Shown here: piece after piece, positions 17,766-26,743 of the stretch | Numbering within the stretch: the stretch's first letter is position 1 | How the letters are laid out: each line of letters starts with the position of its first letter | Source: an uncultured Candidatus Saccharibacteria bacterium | GTDB taxonomy: Bacteria; Patescibacteriota; Saccharimonadia; Saccharimonadales; Saccharimonadaceae | NCBI GenBank assembly: GCA_964572775.1 | Contig: CAZNEX010000003.1 | Coordinates: 2,400-66,399, forward strand | DNA: 64,000 nucleotides | Direction of reading: 5' to 3' | Position numbers and translations under genes: made by a program | The notes under the pieces: generated by a model | Told to the model about the DNA's origin: nothing | Database searches by the model: none | What the model saw: only the letters and a program-made list of their open reading frames with translations

Positions 17766-19291
17766 CGGTGGCGTAGTTTGCGGCTGATGTTTTGGGCAGT
17801 GTTGGTCAGGTGTCCTAAGACGCCGCCTGAGCGAGCAAGTTGCTGACGCAGTTTTTCTTTGGCGTGATTTGTCATCAAAAGATCGCGCCATTCTGGTTTT
17901 GGCTTGGCTTGTTTAGAGGTCAAAACCTCGACGGTATCACCGTGTTTTAATTTGTAACTAAATGGTTTCATTTTGCCATTGACGATAAAGCCGCTTGCGT
18001 GCGATGCAATATCTGAGTGCACTCGGTAGGCAAAATCGAGTGGGTAAGCGCCACTAGGCAAGTCCCAGATGTCGCCTTTTGGTGAGTAGACAAAAATTCG
18101 ATCACCAAATAATTGCATCCGAAACTTGTCGGCATTGAATTTTTTGCCTTCACTGGCTCTAGCCGCTGCTTCTTGCAACTCACGGATCCAGTTTAGATCG
18201 GCTGGTAGTTTCGCGATCGCGCCGCGCCGATAGGCATCGCTGAGCTTTGCTTCGTTGTAGTGAAAGCTTGCTGCAAAACCGCGTTCGGCATAGTCGTGCA
18301 TTTCAACTGTGCGAATCTGAAACTCAACAATCTGTCCACTTGGCGTCATAACGGTGGTGTGCAAACTTTGATAACCATTGGCTTTTGGATTGGCGACATA
18401 ATCTTTGATTCGATCAAACATTGGCTTATACATTTGATGCAGCACGTCGAGAACCAAGTAACCAGTCGATAAATCGTCGATAATGATGCGAAGAGCGATA
18501 AGATCATGGATGCGCTCAATATCGCCCTCGACGCGATCAAGCTTTTTATAAAGACTGTAGGCCGACTTGATTCGTCCATCCATTTGAAAATCGATTTTTT
18601 CATTTTTGAGTTTTTTCTCAACTTCGCGGCGAACTTGATCGAGTTTGCGCTGGCTCTTTTTGAGACGGCTATCCATTAGCGCCTTAGTGCGTGAAAAGTC
18701 CTTTGGCATCATATAGCGAAAACTGAGCTCCTCAAGCTGAACACGAACTCGCCCCATGTTGAGGCGGTCGGCTAGTGGCGCAAAAACTTCCATTGTCTCG
18801 CGTGCGATCTTCTTTTGTTTTTCGCGCGGCATATGCTCAAGCGTACGCATGTTGTGCAGGCGATCGGCTAGTTTGATAATAATCACCCGGACATCTTTTC
18901 CAACAGCGATCATCAGCTTTGAGAGGTTATCTTTGGTCGAAGGCAGATAGCTTGAAAGATCACGCATACCAGAGCGGGCTCGGCTTACTTTGGTTACACC
19001 ATCGACTAGCAGTGCGACATCACCGCCAAATAACGATTCGATTTGCGCCAGTGTTAAATCGGAGTCTTCGACCGTATCGTGCAAAACGCCGGCGATCACC
19101 GTATCGGTATCCATGCCCCATTCGATCAAGGTTGCCGCCACACCTAGCGGGTGAATAATGTATGGCTCACCACTAGCTCGTTTTTGGCCCTGATGAGCAT
19201 CGGTTGCTACATCTATGGCATGATCGAGTTCGAGAAGCTGAGTTTCATCAAAACTCTCTTTAGCTAAGCTTAGTAACTCCTCTTTATCCAT
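17762..19291 (-). CDS. rel: bifunctional (p)ppGpp synthetase/hydrolase, short RSH (HD + synthetase + TGS only)
   Basis: HD hydrolase motif (HDTVEDS), synthetase motif (GYQSLHTTV) and a TGS-like C-terminus. I chose the start at MDKEELL (19291) because TATACT lies 6 nt upstream. The upstream extension to 19450 looks non-coding. Confidence 0.9.
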   Translation of the reverse strand: MDKEELLSLAKESFDETQLLELDHAIDVATDAHQGQKRASGEPYIIHPLGVAATLIEWGMDTDTVIAGVLHDTVEDSDLTLAQIESLFGGDVALLVDGVTKVSRARSGMRDLSSYLPSTKDNLSKLMIAVGKDVRVIIIKLADRLHNMRTLEHMPREKQKKIARETMEVFAPLADRLNMGRVRVQLEELSFRYMMPKDFSRTKALMDSRLKKSQRKLDQVRREVEKKLKNEKIDFQMDGRIKSAYSLYKKLDRVEGDIERIHDLIALRIIIDDLSTGYLVLDVLHQMYKPMFDRIKDYVANPKANGYQSLHTTVMTPSGQIVEFQIRTVEMHDYAERGFAASFHYNEAKLSDAYRRGAIAKLPADLNWIRELQEAAARASEGKKFNADKFRMQLFGDRIFVYSPKGDIWDLPSGAYPLDFAYRVHSDIASHASGFIVNGKMKPFSYKLKHGDTVEVLTSKQAKPKPEWRDLLMTNHAKEKLRQQLARSGGVLGHLTNTAQNISRKLRHR

Positions 19292-19372
19292 GTAGCTAGT
19301 ATACGCGATTTTGCAAAAAGCTGCCCAAAGGATTATACTTATGGTAACAGATAAGCACATCAAGGAGTGGGA

Positions 19373-20386
19373 ATGAGTAAAACTAAAATTGGGATTAACG
19401 GCTTTGGTCGAATTGGTCGTAACGCATTCAAGATAGCCTGGGAAAGGCATGATCTTGAGATTGTTGCTGTCAACGATCTAACTGACACGCGTACGCTGGC
19501 GTATCTGCTCAAAAATGACAGCAACTACGGTACCTACCAGCATGAGGTCGGTTTTGATGATGAGTCGATCATCATTGATGGCAAAAAAGTCAAAGTCTTG
19601 GCCGAAAAAGATCCTAGTTTGTTGCCTTGGGCTGAGCTCGACGTCGATATTGTAATCGAATCGACGGGCTTTTTCACAGACAAAGAGGGAGCTTCAAAGC
19701 ATATTGCGGCTGGTGCCAAACGCGTAGTCATCAGTGGTCCAACCAAATCTGATGGAGTCGATACGATTGTTCTCGGTGCCAACGATGATGCAGTCAAAGG
19801 TGCGACTGAAGTTGTTTCCAATGCTAGCTGTACAACCAATAGTCTTGGTGCTGTGATGGCAATTCTCGATACTAAGTTTGGTGTCGAGAAGTCAATGCTG
19901 ACTACAGTCCATAGCTACACTGCTAGTCAGAAATTGCAAGATGCGCCGTCGAAAGATTTGCGCGAAGGTCGCAACGCCGCCGAAAATATCGTACCGACCA
20001 GTACTGGGGCAGCCGTAGCCGTCACGAAGGCTTTGCCGCACCTGGCTGGCAAGTTTGATGGTATCAGCATGCGCGTGCCGACACCAGTGGTTTCGATCAG
20101 CGACGTAACAGCCTTACTCAGTAAAGATGTCACAGTCGATGAAGTCAACAAAGTCTTTACAGCCGCTAGTAAAGAACCTTTTTATCAAGGCATTTTGGCG
20201 GTTAGTGATGAGCCACTAGTCTCGCGCGACTATATCGGCAACAGCCATTCTGGCATCGTTGACCTAGAGCTAACGCGCGTCGTTGGCGGCAATCTAGTCA
20301 AAGTCTGCGTTTGGTACGACAACGAATGGGGCTACTCAAACCGTCTAGTGGAGCTAGTGGCAGATATTGGCAAGGTTTTGAAGTAA
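19373..20386 (+). CDS. gap: glyceraldehyde-3-phosphate dehydrogenase
   Basis: INGFGRIGR, active site SNASCTTNS, WYDNEWGYS. AAGGAG Shine-Dalgarno. Confidence 0.95.
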   Translation: MSKTKIGINGFGRIGRNAFKIAWERHDLEIVAVNDLTDTRTLAYLLKNDSNYGTYQHEVGFDDESIIIDGKKVKVLAEKDPSLLPWAELDVDIVIESTGFFTDKEGASKHIAAGAKRVVISGPTKSDGVDTIVLGANDDAVKGATEVVSNASCTTNSLGAVMAILDTKFGVEKSMLTTVHSYTASQKLQDAPSKDLREGRNAAENIVPTSTGAAVAVTKALPHLAGKFDGISMRVPTPVVSISDVTALLSKDVTVDEVNKVFTAASKEPFYQGILAVSDEPLVSRDYIGNSHSGIVDLELTRVVGGNLVKVCVWYDNEWGYSNRLVELVADIGKVLK

Positions 20387-20682
20387 GACTCGATTTTACT
20401 TTATCTCTAGACGAGCTTAATAAGCGCCCATGGCCCCGTCATTTATACTTATTATACACTAGTGTTTGCCATATGTCAAATACCAGATCACATAAAGCTA
20501 GTTTCTCTATTGCGGGAGTGAGGCGGGTTATGTAAAATACGTTAATATTAAAGTTAACTCTCTACATGGGGTGAATGCGTTAAATGCAATTGGCTTCATT
20601 TTTATATATTTATTGTATAAAATGTCAAACTGCGACGAGAGTCTATCTTTACATCAAGCCAAAAAACGCTTATACTTAAGAT

Positions 20683-21135
20683 ATGAAAGTATTCTTGGGT
20701 GCGGATCATCAGGGCTATCATCTCAAAGAGAAAGTCGAAGCGTATTTGTCGAAGCGAAAAGTTGACGTTGAAGACATTGGGGCGCATGAGCTCGATCCGG
20801 TCGATGATTTTCCGCAATATGCTCAGATGGCTGTCATGAAAATTCTGGGCGAAGACGAGAAAACTGATCCGCGGGCGATTTTGGTCTGTGGTGGCGGCCA
20901 GGGCATGTGCATGGCTGCCAATCGTTTCAAGGGTATACGCGCCAGTGTTGTTTGGGATAGCTTTGAAGCTAAAATGACGCGTAATGACAATGACAGCAAC
21001 GTCTTGTGTTTGCCAGCTAGATTGCTCGATGATGAGGCGGCATTGTGGCAAGATATAATCGACACTTGGCTCAAGACGCCGTTTGCCAATGCACCGCGTT
21101 ATCGTCGGCGAAATATGGAATTGGATGAAATCTAG
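20683..21135 (+). CDS. rpiB: ribose-5-phosphate isomerase B
   Basis: RpiB/LacAB pattern (GADHQGY, VCGGGQGMCMAANR, NVLCLPAR). TATACT lies 6 nt upstream of the ATG. Confidence 0.9.
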   Translation: MKVFLGADHQGYHLKEKVEAYLSKRKVDVEDIGAHELDPVDDFPQYAQMAVMKILGEDEKTDPRAILVCGGGQGMCMAANRFKGIRASVVWDSFEAKMTRNDNDSNVLCLPARLLDDEAALWQDIIDTWLKTPFANAPRYRRRNMELDEI

Positions 21136-21780
21136 ATGGCAGAAATTGCACCATGTATAACCACCGAAACACCTGAGGAGTACCAGCAGGCAATTGTGCG
21201 GCTTGAGCCGTTTGCCGAGAGGGTTCACATCGACATCTCTGACGGTGAGTTTGCACCACGGCGACTGCTTGGTGTTGAGCAACTGTATTGGCCAGCCAAT
21301 TGGCGTGTCGATATTCATGCTATGGTCAAGCGGCCGAGTGTTTATGTCGATCAACTGGTGCTGCTCAAGCCGCAGACGATAATTTTTCATGCTGAAGCTG
21401 AGGAAGATTTGGTACCGGTATTGCAACGCGTCAAACAAATGGGTATCAAAGCTGGTGTGGCATTGCTGCGTTCGACTGTACCCAAGCTGGTGGCGCCGAG
21501 TATTGAGGCGGCTGATTATGTGCTGATATTTAGCGGCGACCTTGGTCATTATGGCGGTACGGCTAGTTTGATGCAGCTCGAAAAGGTGCGCTTGGTTCGG
21601 ATGATTCATCCAAATATCGAGGTTGGTTGGGACGGTGGAGCATCGATCGAGAATGTTTTTAGCCTTGGTCAAGGTGGTATCGATGTGGTCAATGTTGGCG
21701 GTGCGATCAACAGGGCAGATGATCCTGAGGCTGTCTATCGCAAGATGGTTACAGAAGTCAATAAACGTAGCGTTATGTAG
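21136..21780 (+). CDS. ribulose-phosphate 3-epimerase family protein (divergent)
   Basis: HIDISDGEFAP and GWDGGASIENV resemble the Rpe motifs H(F/V)DVMDGHFVP and VDGG. Operon context: rpiB-rpe-tkt. Confidence 0.7.
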   Translation: MAEIAPCITTETPEEYQQAIVRLEPFAERVHIDISDGEFAPRRLLGVEQLYWPANWRVDIHAMVKRPSVYVDQLVLLKPQTIIFHAEAEEDLVPVLQRVKQMGIKAGVALLRSTVPKLVAPSIEAADYVLIFSGDLGHYGGTASLMQLEKVRLVRMIHPNIEVGWDGGASIENVFSLGQGGIDVVNVGGAINRADDPEAVYRKMVTEVNKRSVM

Positions 21781-21797
21781 TAGGTGGGGGTTTTGGG

Positions 21798-22667
21798 ATG
21801 AGCGATAAGGTCTATACTGTTAAACAACTAGAGATCATTGCAAACGATATTCGTAAAGATATTATTCGGATGCTTGAGGCTGCTGGCAGTGGTCACTCGG
21901 CTGGTCCGCTTGGCCTGGCTGATTTGTTTAGTGCGCTGTATTTTCGGATTGCCAATATTCGACCACATGAGCCGGAGTGGGACGAACGAGATATGATTTT
22001 TTTGAGCAATGGTCACTGTGTTCCTGTTCAATATGCGGCGATGGCTCATAGGGGATTTTTTGACCGAGAAGAATTGCTGAGCTTACGAAAATTTGGTAGC
22101 AGGTTGCAGGGTCATCCTGAGAGAACTCGTTTGCCAGGCCTTGAAAATACATCGGGGCCTCTTGGTAGCGGTCTTAGTCAGGCAGCTGGTGTGGCTTATA
22201 GCTGGCAATACATCGATCATATTATCAATCGCTGGGTTTATGTGGTAACTGGTGATGGCGAGCTGGACGAGGGCAATATCTGGGAAGCAGCTATGTTCGC
22301 TGGTAAAAACAAGCTCAGTCAACTAACAGTTTTTATTGACCGAAACAACATTCAGATCGATGGCACGACCGAAGATGTTATGCCGCTTGAAGATTTAGTC
22401 GGTAAATGGCGATCCTTTGGCTGGCATGTTCAAGAAGTCGATGGCCACAATATCGAAAGTATTATCGATGCGGCGGACATGGCGAAAGCGATTAGTAATA
22501 AACCAAGTGTGATTATTATGCATACGATTCCTGGCAAAGGGGTTGATTTTATGGAGTATAACTACAAATGGCACGGTATGCCGCCGAATAGCGAGCAAGC
22601 CCGCGAAGCGCTGCGTGATCTGCGCACACTGAGGGGCAAGATTACCCACGAAGGAGCTGGAATATGA
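21798..22667 (+). CDS. transketolase, N-terminal (TPP-binding) subunit
   Basis: GHSAGPLG and GDGELDEGNIWEA thiamine-diphosphate motifs. This is the split-gene form. Confidence 0.9.
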   Translation: MSDKVYTVKQLEIIANDIRKDIIRMLEAAGSGHSAGPLGLADLFSALYFRIANIRPHEPEWDERDMIFLSNGHCVPVQYAAMAHRGFFDREELLSLRKFGSRLQGHPERTRLPGLENTSGPLGSGLSQAAGVAYSWQYIDHIINRWVYVVTGDGELDEGNIWEAAMFAGKNKLSQLTVFIDRNNIQIDGTTEDVMPLEDLVGKWRSFGWHVQEVDGHNIESIIDAADMAKAISNKPSVIIMHTIPGKGVDFMEYNYKWHGMPPNSEQAREALRDLRTLRGKITHEGAGI

Positions 22668-23671
22668 GCCAATATAAGTTGAATCCGCATTATGCATCGG
22701 ATGATGTCAAGAAAGAGCCGACGCGAGCTGGTTTTGGACGCGGACTCTGGGAGGCGGGCGACAGCGACAAGCGTATTGTGGCCTTGTGCGCTGATTTGAC
22801 CGAAAGTACGCAGATGCATCATTTTCGTGATGCTTTTCCAGACCGGTTTGTCGAGATTGGTGTTGCCGAGCAAAATTTGGTAACTGTGGCCAGCGGTATG
22901 GCGAGAGTCGGCAAGATTCCATTTGCGGCTAGTTATGCGGCATTTAGTCCGGGGCGTAACTGGGAGCAGATTCGGACGACAATTTGTCTAAATGAAATGC
23001 CAGTCAAGATTGTCGGTGCGCATGCTGGCGTGTCAGTTGGCCCAGATGGTGCGACACACCAAGTGCTCGAAGATATTGCTCTGATGCGAGTTTTGCCGCA
23101 TATGACTGTGGTTTATCCGGGCGATGCAATCGAGGCTGAAAAAGCGACGTTAGCTATCGCCAAAACCAATGATCCAAGCTATATTCGTTTGGCGCGCGAC
23201 AAGTCGGCGATATTTAGTACTGAAGGTTCGCCATTCGAGATCGGTAAGGCTTACGTGCTACGCGAAGGTGATGATTTGACAATTTTTGGGACTGGACCAT
23301 TGACTCATCAAGCTTTGATGCTATCGCGCATGCTCGAAGAAGAGGGTATATCGGCTGAAGTCGTTCATGTGCCAACTATTAAGCCTCTCGATGAAGCAAC
23401 AGTTTTGGCTAGTGTCGATAAGACAGGTCGAGCGGTTTCGATCGAAGAAGCTCAGGCAGCGGCTGGTTTTGGCGGTTTATTGGCGGAAGTTTTTTCTGAA
23501 AAATTGCCAGTGCCGCTGCTACGGGTGGGCATGGAAGATCGTTTTGGCGAATCTGGCAGTCCAGACGAGCTACTTAAACACTTTGGACTTACGGCCGAAA
23601 CAATGCTGCCGCGCGTCAAAAAATTTATCGACACAGTACCGCAGTACAAGAAAGGATACCAATGGGGCTAA
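22664..23671 (+). CDS. transketolase, C-terminal (pyrimidine-binding) subunit
   Basis: FVEIGVAEQNLV and GPDGATHQ motifs. 4-nt overlap with the N-terminal subunit gene. Confidence 0.9.
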   Translation: MSQYKLNPHYASDDVKKEPTRAGFGRGLWEAGDSDKRIVALCADLTESTQMHHFRDAFPDRFVEIGVAEQNLVTVASGMARVGKIPFAASYAAFSPGRNWEQIRTTICLNEMPVKIVGAHAGVSVGPDGATHQVLEDIALMRVLPHMTVVYPGDAIEAEKATLAIAKTNDPSYIRLARDKSAIFSTEGSPFEIGKAYVLREGDDLTIFGTGPLTHQALMLSRMLEEEGISAEVVHVPTIKPLDEATVLASVDKTGRAVSIEEAQAAAGFGGLLAEVFSEKLPVPLLRVGMEDRFGESGSPDELLKHFGLTAETMLPRVKKFIDTVPQYKKGYQWG

Positions 23672-24573
23672 CAATTGATCAGATTCGCGATCGAACATTA
23701 CATGCTAGACATCTGATGCAAAGAGCGCGTCAGCAAGGCTTTGCGGTTGGCGCATTTAATATCGACAATCAAGAAACTTTGATTGCTGTCTCACGAGCAG
23801 CTCAAAAAACTAACTCGCCAGTCTTGGTCGAAGTTAGTGATGGTGAAGTTGAGGCAATGGGGCTTGAGAATATCAGAGACATGGTCGATAACTACCGCGA
23901 AGAATACGGTATCGAGATGTACGTTAACCTCGACCATAGTCCAAGTGTTGAAGCTTGCAAACGAGCAATTGATGTCGGCTATGAGTTTATTCATATCGAT
24001 ATATCGCAGGCAAACAAAGACGCTAGCGAAAAAGAAATTATTGATTTCACGCGTGAAGTTGTCGACTACGCTAAGTTTACAGGAGCAATTGTCGAAAGTG
24101 AACCGCACTATTTTGGCGGAAGCTCAAATGTTCATAATGAGTCGATTGATTACGAGACAATTCGTAAGACGTTCAGCACGCCAGAGGGTGCTCAAGCTTT
24201 TGTTGAAGCAACTGGTATAGACACTTTTGCGGCGGCGATTGGCAATTTGCATGGTAAATATCCTGTGCCAAAAGAGCTCGATCTTGATCTGTTGCGGCAG
24301 ATTCGTCAAGCGATTAATTGCAATATCAGCCTCCATGGTGGTTCTGGGACACCTCTACACTATTTCGAAGAAGCATCGAAGATTGGTGTTAACAAGATCA
24401 ATATCAACAGTGATATGCGCTACGTTTTTCGGACTACTTTAGAAAAAGTATTGCAAGATAATCCCGATGAATACGCTGTTGTCAAACTAATGCCGGTAGT
24501 TTATGATGCAATTCAAGCTGTAGTTGAAGAAAAAATCACTGCGTTTGGCAGCGCAAACAAGGCAGTTATCTAG
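23662..24573 (+). CDS. fba: class II fructose-bisphosphate aldolase
   Basis: GAFNIDN, LDHS, NLHG and LHGGSG motifs. Confidence 0.9.
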   Translation: MGLTIDQIRDRTLHARHLMQRARQQGFAVGAFNIDNQETLIAVSRAAQKTNSPVLVEVSDGEVEAMGLENIRDMVDNYREEYGIEMYVNLDHSPSVEACKRAIDVGYEFIHIDISQANKDASEKEIIDFTREVVDYAKFTGAIVESEPHYFGGSSNVHNESIDYETIRKTFSTPEGAQAFVEATGIDTFAAAIGNLHGKYPVPKELDLDLLRQIRQAINCNISLHGGSGTPLHYFEEASKIGVNKININSDMRYVFRTTLEKVLQDNPDEYAVVKLMPVVYDAIQAVVEEKITAFGSANKAVI

Positions 24574-24599
24574 ATAAAGTAACTTGTTCTAGGTGATTC

Positions 24600-24630
24600 A
24601 ATAGTCGAGTTGCAACTCGACTATTTTTGT
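24600..24630 (+). terminator. rho-independent terminator after fba
   Basis: 10-bp perfect stem ATAGTCGAGT / ACTCGACTAT with a TGCA loop and a T-run. Confidence 0.85.
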
Positions 24631-24669
24631 TGTTTAGTAGGATCATTATTCTTATGTATATAATAAGTA

Positions 24670-24698
24670 TTGACATGTGTCAAGTATTGTACTACAAT
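24670..24698 (+). promoter_or_regulatory. canonical sigma70 promoter of the large surface-protein gene
   Basis: TTGACA (24670-24675), a 17-nt spacer, then TACAAT (24693-24698). Confidence 0.7.
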
Positions 24699-24744
24699 CC
24701 TTCTAAATTTGTAATCATGGGTGGGGTCTACGAGAGCAGACACC

Positions 24745-26646
24745 ATGGTAATATCAGGCTCGAAATCGAAACGAATTTTGTCTGGCCTAATGGCATTGAT
24801 GCTTGTGGTCGTGCAAGTTCTATCAGCAGCGCAGGCAGCTTCTGCTTGGACGGTTGATCCAACTGACAACCCTAATGAAAATCATAAAACATTAATCTGC
24901 AAGATGACTGGTACGCCAGGGGTTAACGAAGTTTTGCAAACTGGTAATAATCCAGTGTCGCGCAATCGTAAAGATGGCGATCAAGTCGGTACACTGTTTA
25001 ATGATGCGCAAGGTGGGTCTTATGTCATGGGCTTTGCAAAGCCCGGCGAAAGGCCAGAGCCAACCGTAGCTGATTGTTATGCAGTGGCCACTCCAGCTGT
25101 TTCGGCGAGTGCACCTTGTGCAAATCCAGGCAGCACCAGTACGGCTTCGGTAATAGTCACAAATAGCGATCAAATCATTGGCAATTCAGTTATCTACACG
25201 GTAACTGTCGGTGGTGTCACGAAACAAACGCAAGCACTGGCCGACGGCGCTAGTCAAACCTTGACTTTCGATGGTCTATCAGCTGGCTCGCACGCTGTCT
25301 CAGTTTCGGCTCTTGGTGGCATCGTTTATAGTGGCAGCGTGACAGTTGCGACATGCGAGCAGCCAGCTGCTGAGGAAATCGATGTGCCAGTTGTACCAGT
25401 TGATGACCCATGTGGACTTGGTAATGCAACTTATCTAGACGTTCCAACCGGTAATTATACGGTCGTTCGAAACAGCGATAGCTCACTGACTTTGACTGCA
25501 AATGCTGGCTATGTCTTCAAGGTAGTCGATGGATATACATACTCGGCTGACAATACGGTCGTGACGATTTCTGCTCCTGTAGAGCAAAACACCCAAAGTT
25601 GTGCAGCCGCAAATTTGGTAATTAACAAGGTTGACCAAAACGGTAATCTACTAACTGGTGCAGTTTATGCTGGCACATCTTGTACGCGACTTTCGACGCA
25701 ATTTGAGTTTACTTGCATCAATTTGTCAGACTACAACTGGTTCAATGAAGGCATTACTGCAAGCGGTACAACAGCCGACAATTTCAATGCCAATATGCCG
25801 CTCACAATTGCCGGTACAACTTGTGAAGACAGTTTGCAAACTGTCACAATTTGGGAGACTGCAGCACCGAGTGGCTACGACATGCAAACTGGCAAATTAA
25901 CGGTTTGTTTGACCGAAAACGGCTGGGTGGCTGGCGAGAACACAGTTGGTGTAAATGGTACCGTGGTTGCAACGCCAGACCTGACTACTATGAGCATCGT
26001 TAATCATAAGATTACTGTCCAGAATGAGGCACCACTAGTCAAGAAAGTTGACCAAGATGGCAAGCCACTGACTGGTATGGTATTTGACGGCGTGTCTTGT
26101 ATGCTAGCGGGTAATGAGCCTGGCTGGACATGTCAATATTTCCACGACTACAGCTGGTCAAATATGGCTGGCGTATCGGTCACTAATGGCATCACTCAAG
26201 ATATTCCAATTTTGTCGACAACAGCTACCAGTTGTGAAGACACCAACCAGTTCTTGCTTTTAGTTGAAAAAACCGCACCGATCGACTACCAGAAAGCTGA
26301 AGGTGCTATCGTACTTTGTAGCACAGTCAGTGGTTGGATGGTGGCGACTGATCTCGGAGACAATGCAATCAACGACTACATTTTGAACAAAGACGGTCGC
26401 ATCAGTTATGACGCAGCGAGCAATTCAGTCGTATTCGTCAATAACCGAATTGGTCGCGGCGGCGGTGTTACGCCAACCCCAATCACACCAGTTGTCACAA
26501 AAACGACTCAGCCAGTTGTTGTAGCCGAGGAGCTACCGCACACTGGCCCTAAAGCACGCTCAGTCAACTTCCTACTCATTGGTCTGATCGCAGCAACAGT
26601 TGTTTACGGCGCAATCTACTTTGCGCAGCCACGACGCACAAACTAA
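24745..26646 (+). CDS. LPXTG-type (LPHTG) cell-wall-anchored surface protein with two tandem SpaA/Cna-B-like domains
   Basis: Signal peptide ending AQAASA. Two domains of about 140 aa begin (N/K)KVDQ(N/D)G(N/K)(L/P)LTG and contain E(T/K)xAPxxY plus four Cys each. C-terminal ELPHTG, a hydrophobic segment, then RRTN. Confidence 0.8.
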   Translation: MVISGSKSKRILSGLMALMLVVVQVLSAAQAASAWTVDPTDNPNENHKTLICKMTGTPGVNEVLQTGNNPVSRNRKDGDQVGTLFNDAQGGSYVMGFAKPGERPEPTVADCYAVATPAVSASAPCANPGSTSTASVIVTNSDQIIGNSVIYTVTVGGVTKQTQALADGASQTLTFDGLSAGSHAVSVSALGGIVYSGSVTVATCEQPAAEEIDVPVVPVDDPCGLGNATYLDVPTGNYTVVRNSDSSLTLTANAGYVFKVVDGYTYSADNTVVTISAPVEQNTQSCAAANLVINKVDQNGNLLTGAVYAGTSCTRLSTQFEFTCINLSDYNWFNEGITASGTTADNFNANMPLTIAGTTCEDSLQTVTIWETAAPSGYDMQTGKLTVCLTENGWVAGENTVGVNGTVVATPDLTTMSIVNHKITVQNEAPLVKKVDQDGKPLTGMVFDGVSCMLAGNEPGWTCQYFHDYSWSNMAGVSVTNGITQDIPILSTTATSCEDTNQFLLLVEKTAPIDYQKAEGAIVLCSTVSGWMVATDLGDNAINDYILNKDGRISYDAASNSVVFVNNRIGRGGGVTPTPITPVVTKTTQPVVVAEELPHTGPKARSVNFLLIGLIAATVVYGAIYFAQPRRTN

Positions 26647-26659
26647 TCGTAAAAATCAT

Positions 26660-26700
26660 AAACAGCATCCAAAATTATTCGAGGATGCTGTTTATTTTTG
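26660..26700 (+). terminator. rho-independent terminator
   Basis: 11-bp stem AAACAGCATCC / GGATGCTGTTT with a 12-nt loop, followed by TTTATTTTT. Confidence 0.8.
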
Positions 26701-26743
26701 ATCTAATTTATGTCAAAACAAACATAAGTGGTATACTGTTATT

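Noticed and set aside
19292-19450. A 53-codon N-terminal extension of rel, and the 34-codon extension of pepN at 50603-50704.
   Set aside because: The extensions have no similarity to family N-termini, overlap the divergent neighbour's start or promoter, and are bypassed by in-frame ATGs that sit 6-7 nt downstream of good -10 hexamers.
20602-21672. A 356-aa ORF on the minus strand spanning rpiB and the rpe-like gene.
   Set aside because: It is fully antisense to two well-supported + strand genes with clear family motifs. Its sequence has no recognisable motifs and an odd composition (rich in H, Q, R and C). It has no promoter or Shine-Dalgarno context. It is most likely a chance open frame.
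23783-24220. Alternative-frame same-strand ORFs inside fba (23783-24220, 145 aa) and inside cyoB (10686-11057, 123 aa).
   Set aside because: They overlap highly conserved coding frames completely. Their low-complexity, basic composition is typical of off-frame translation.
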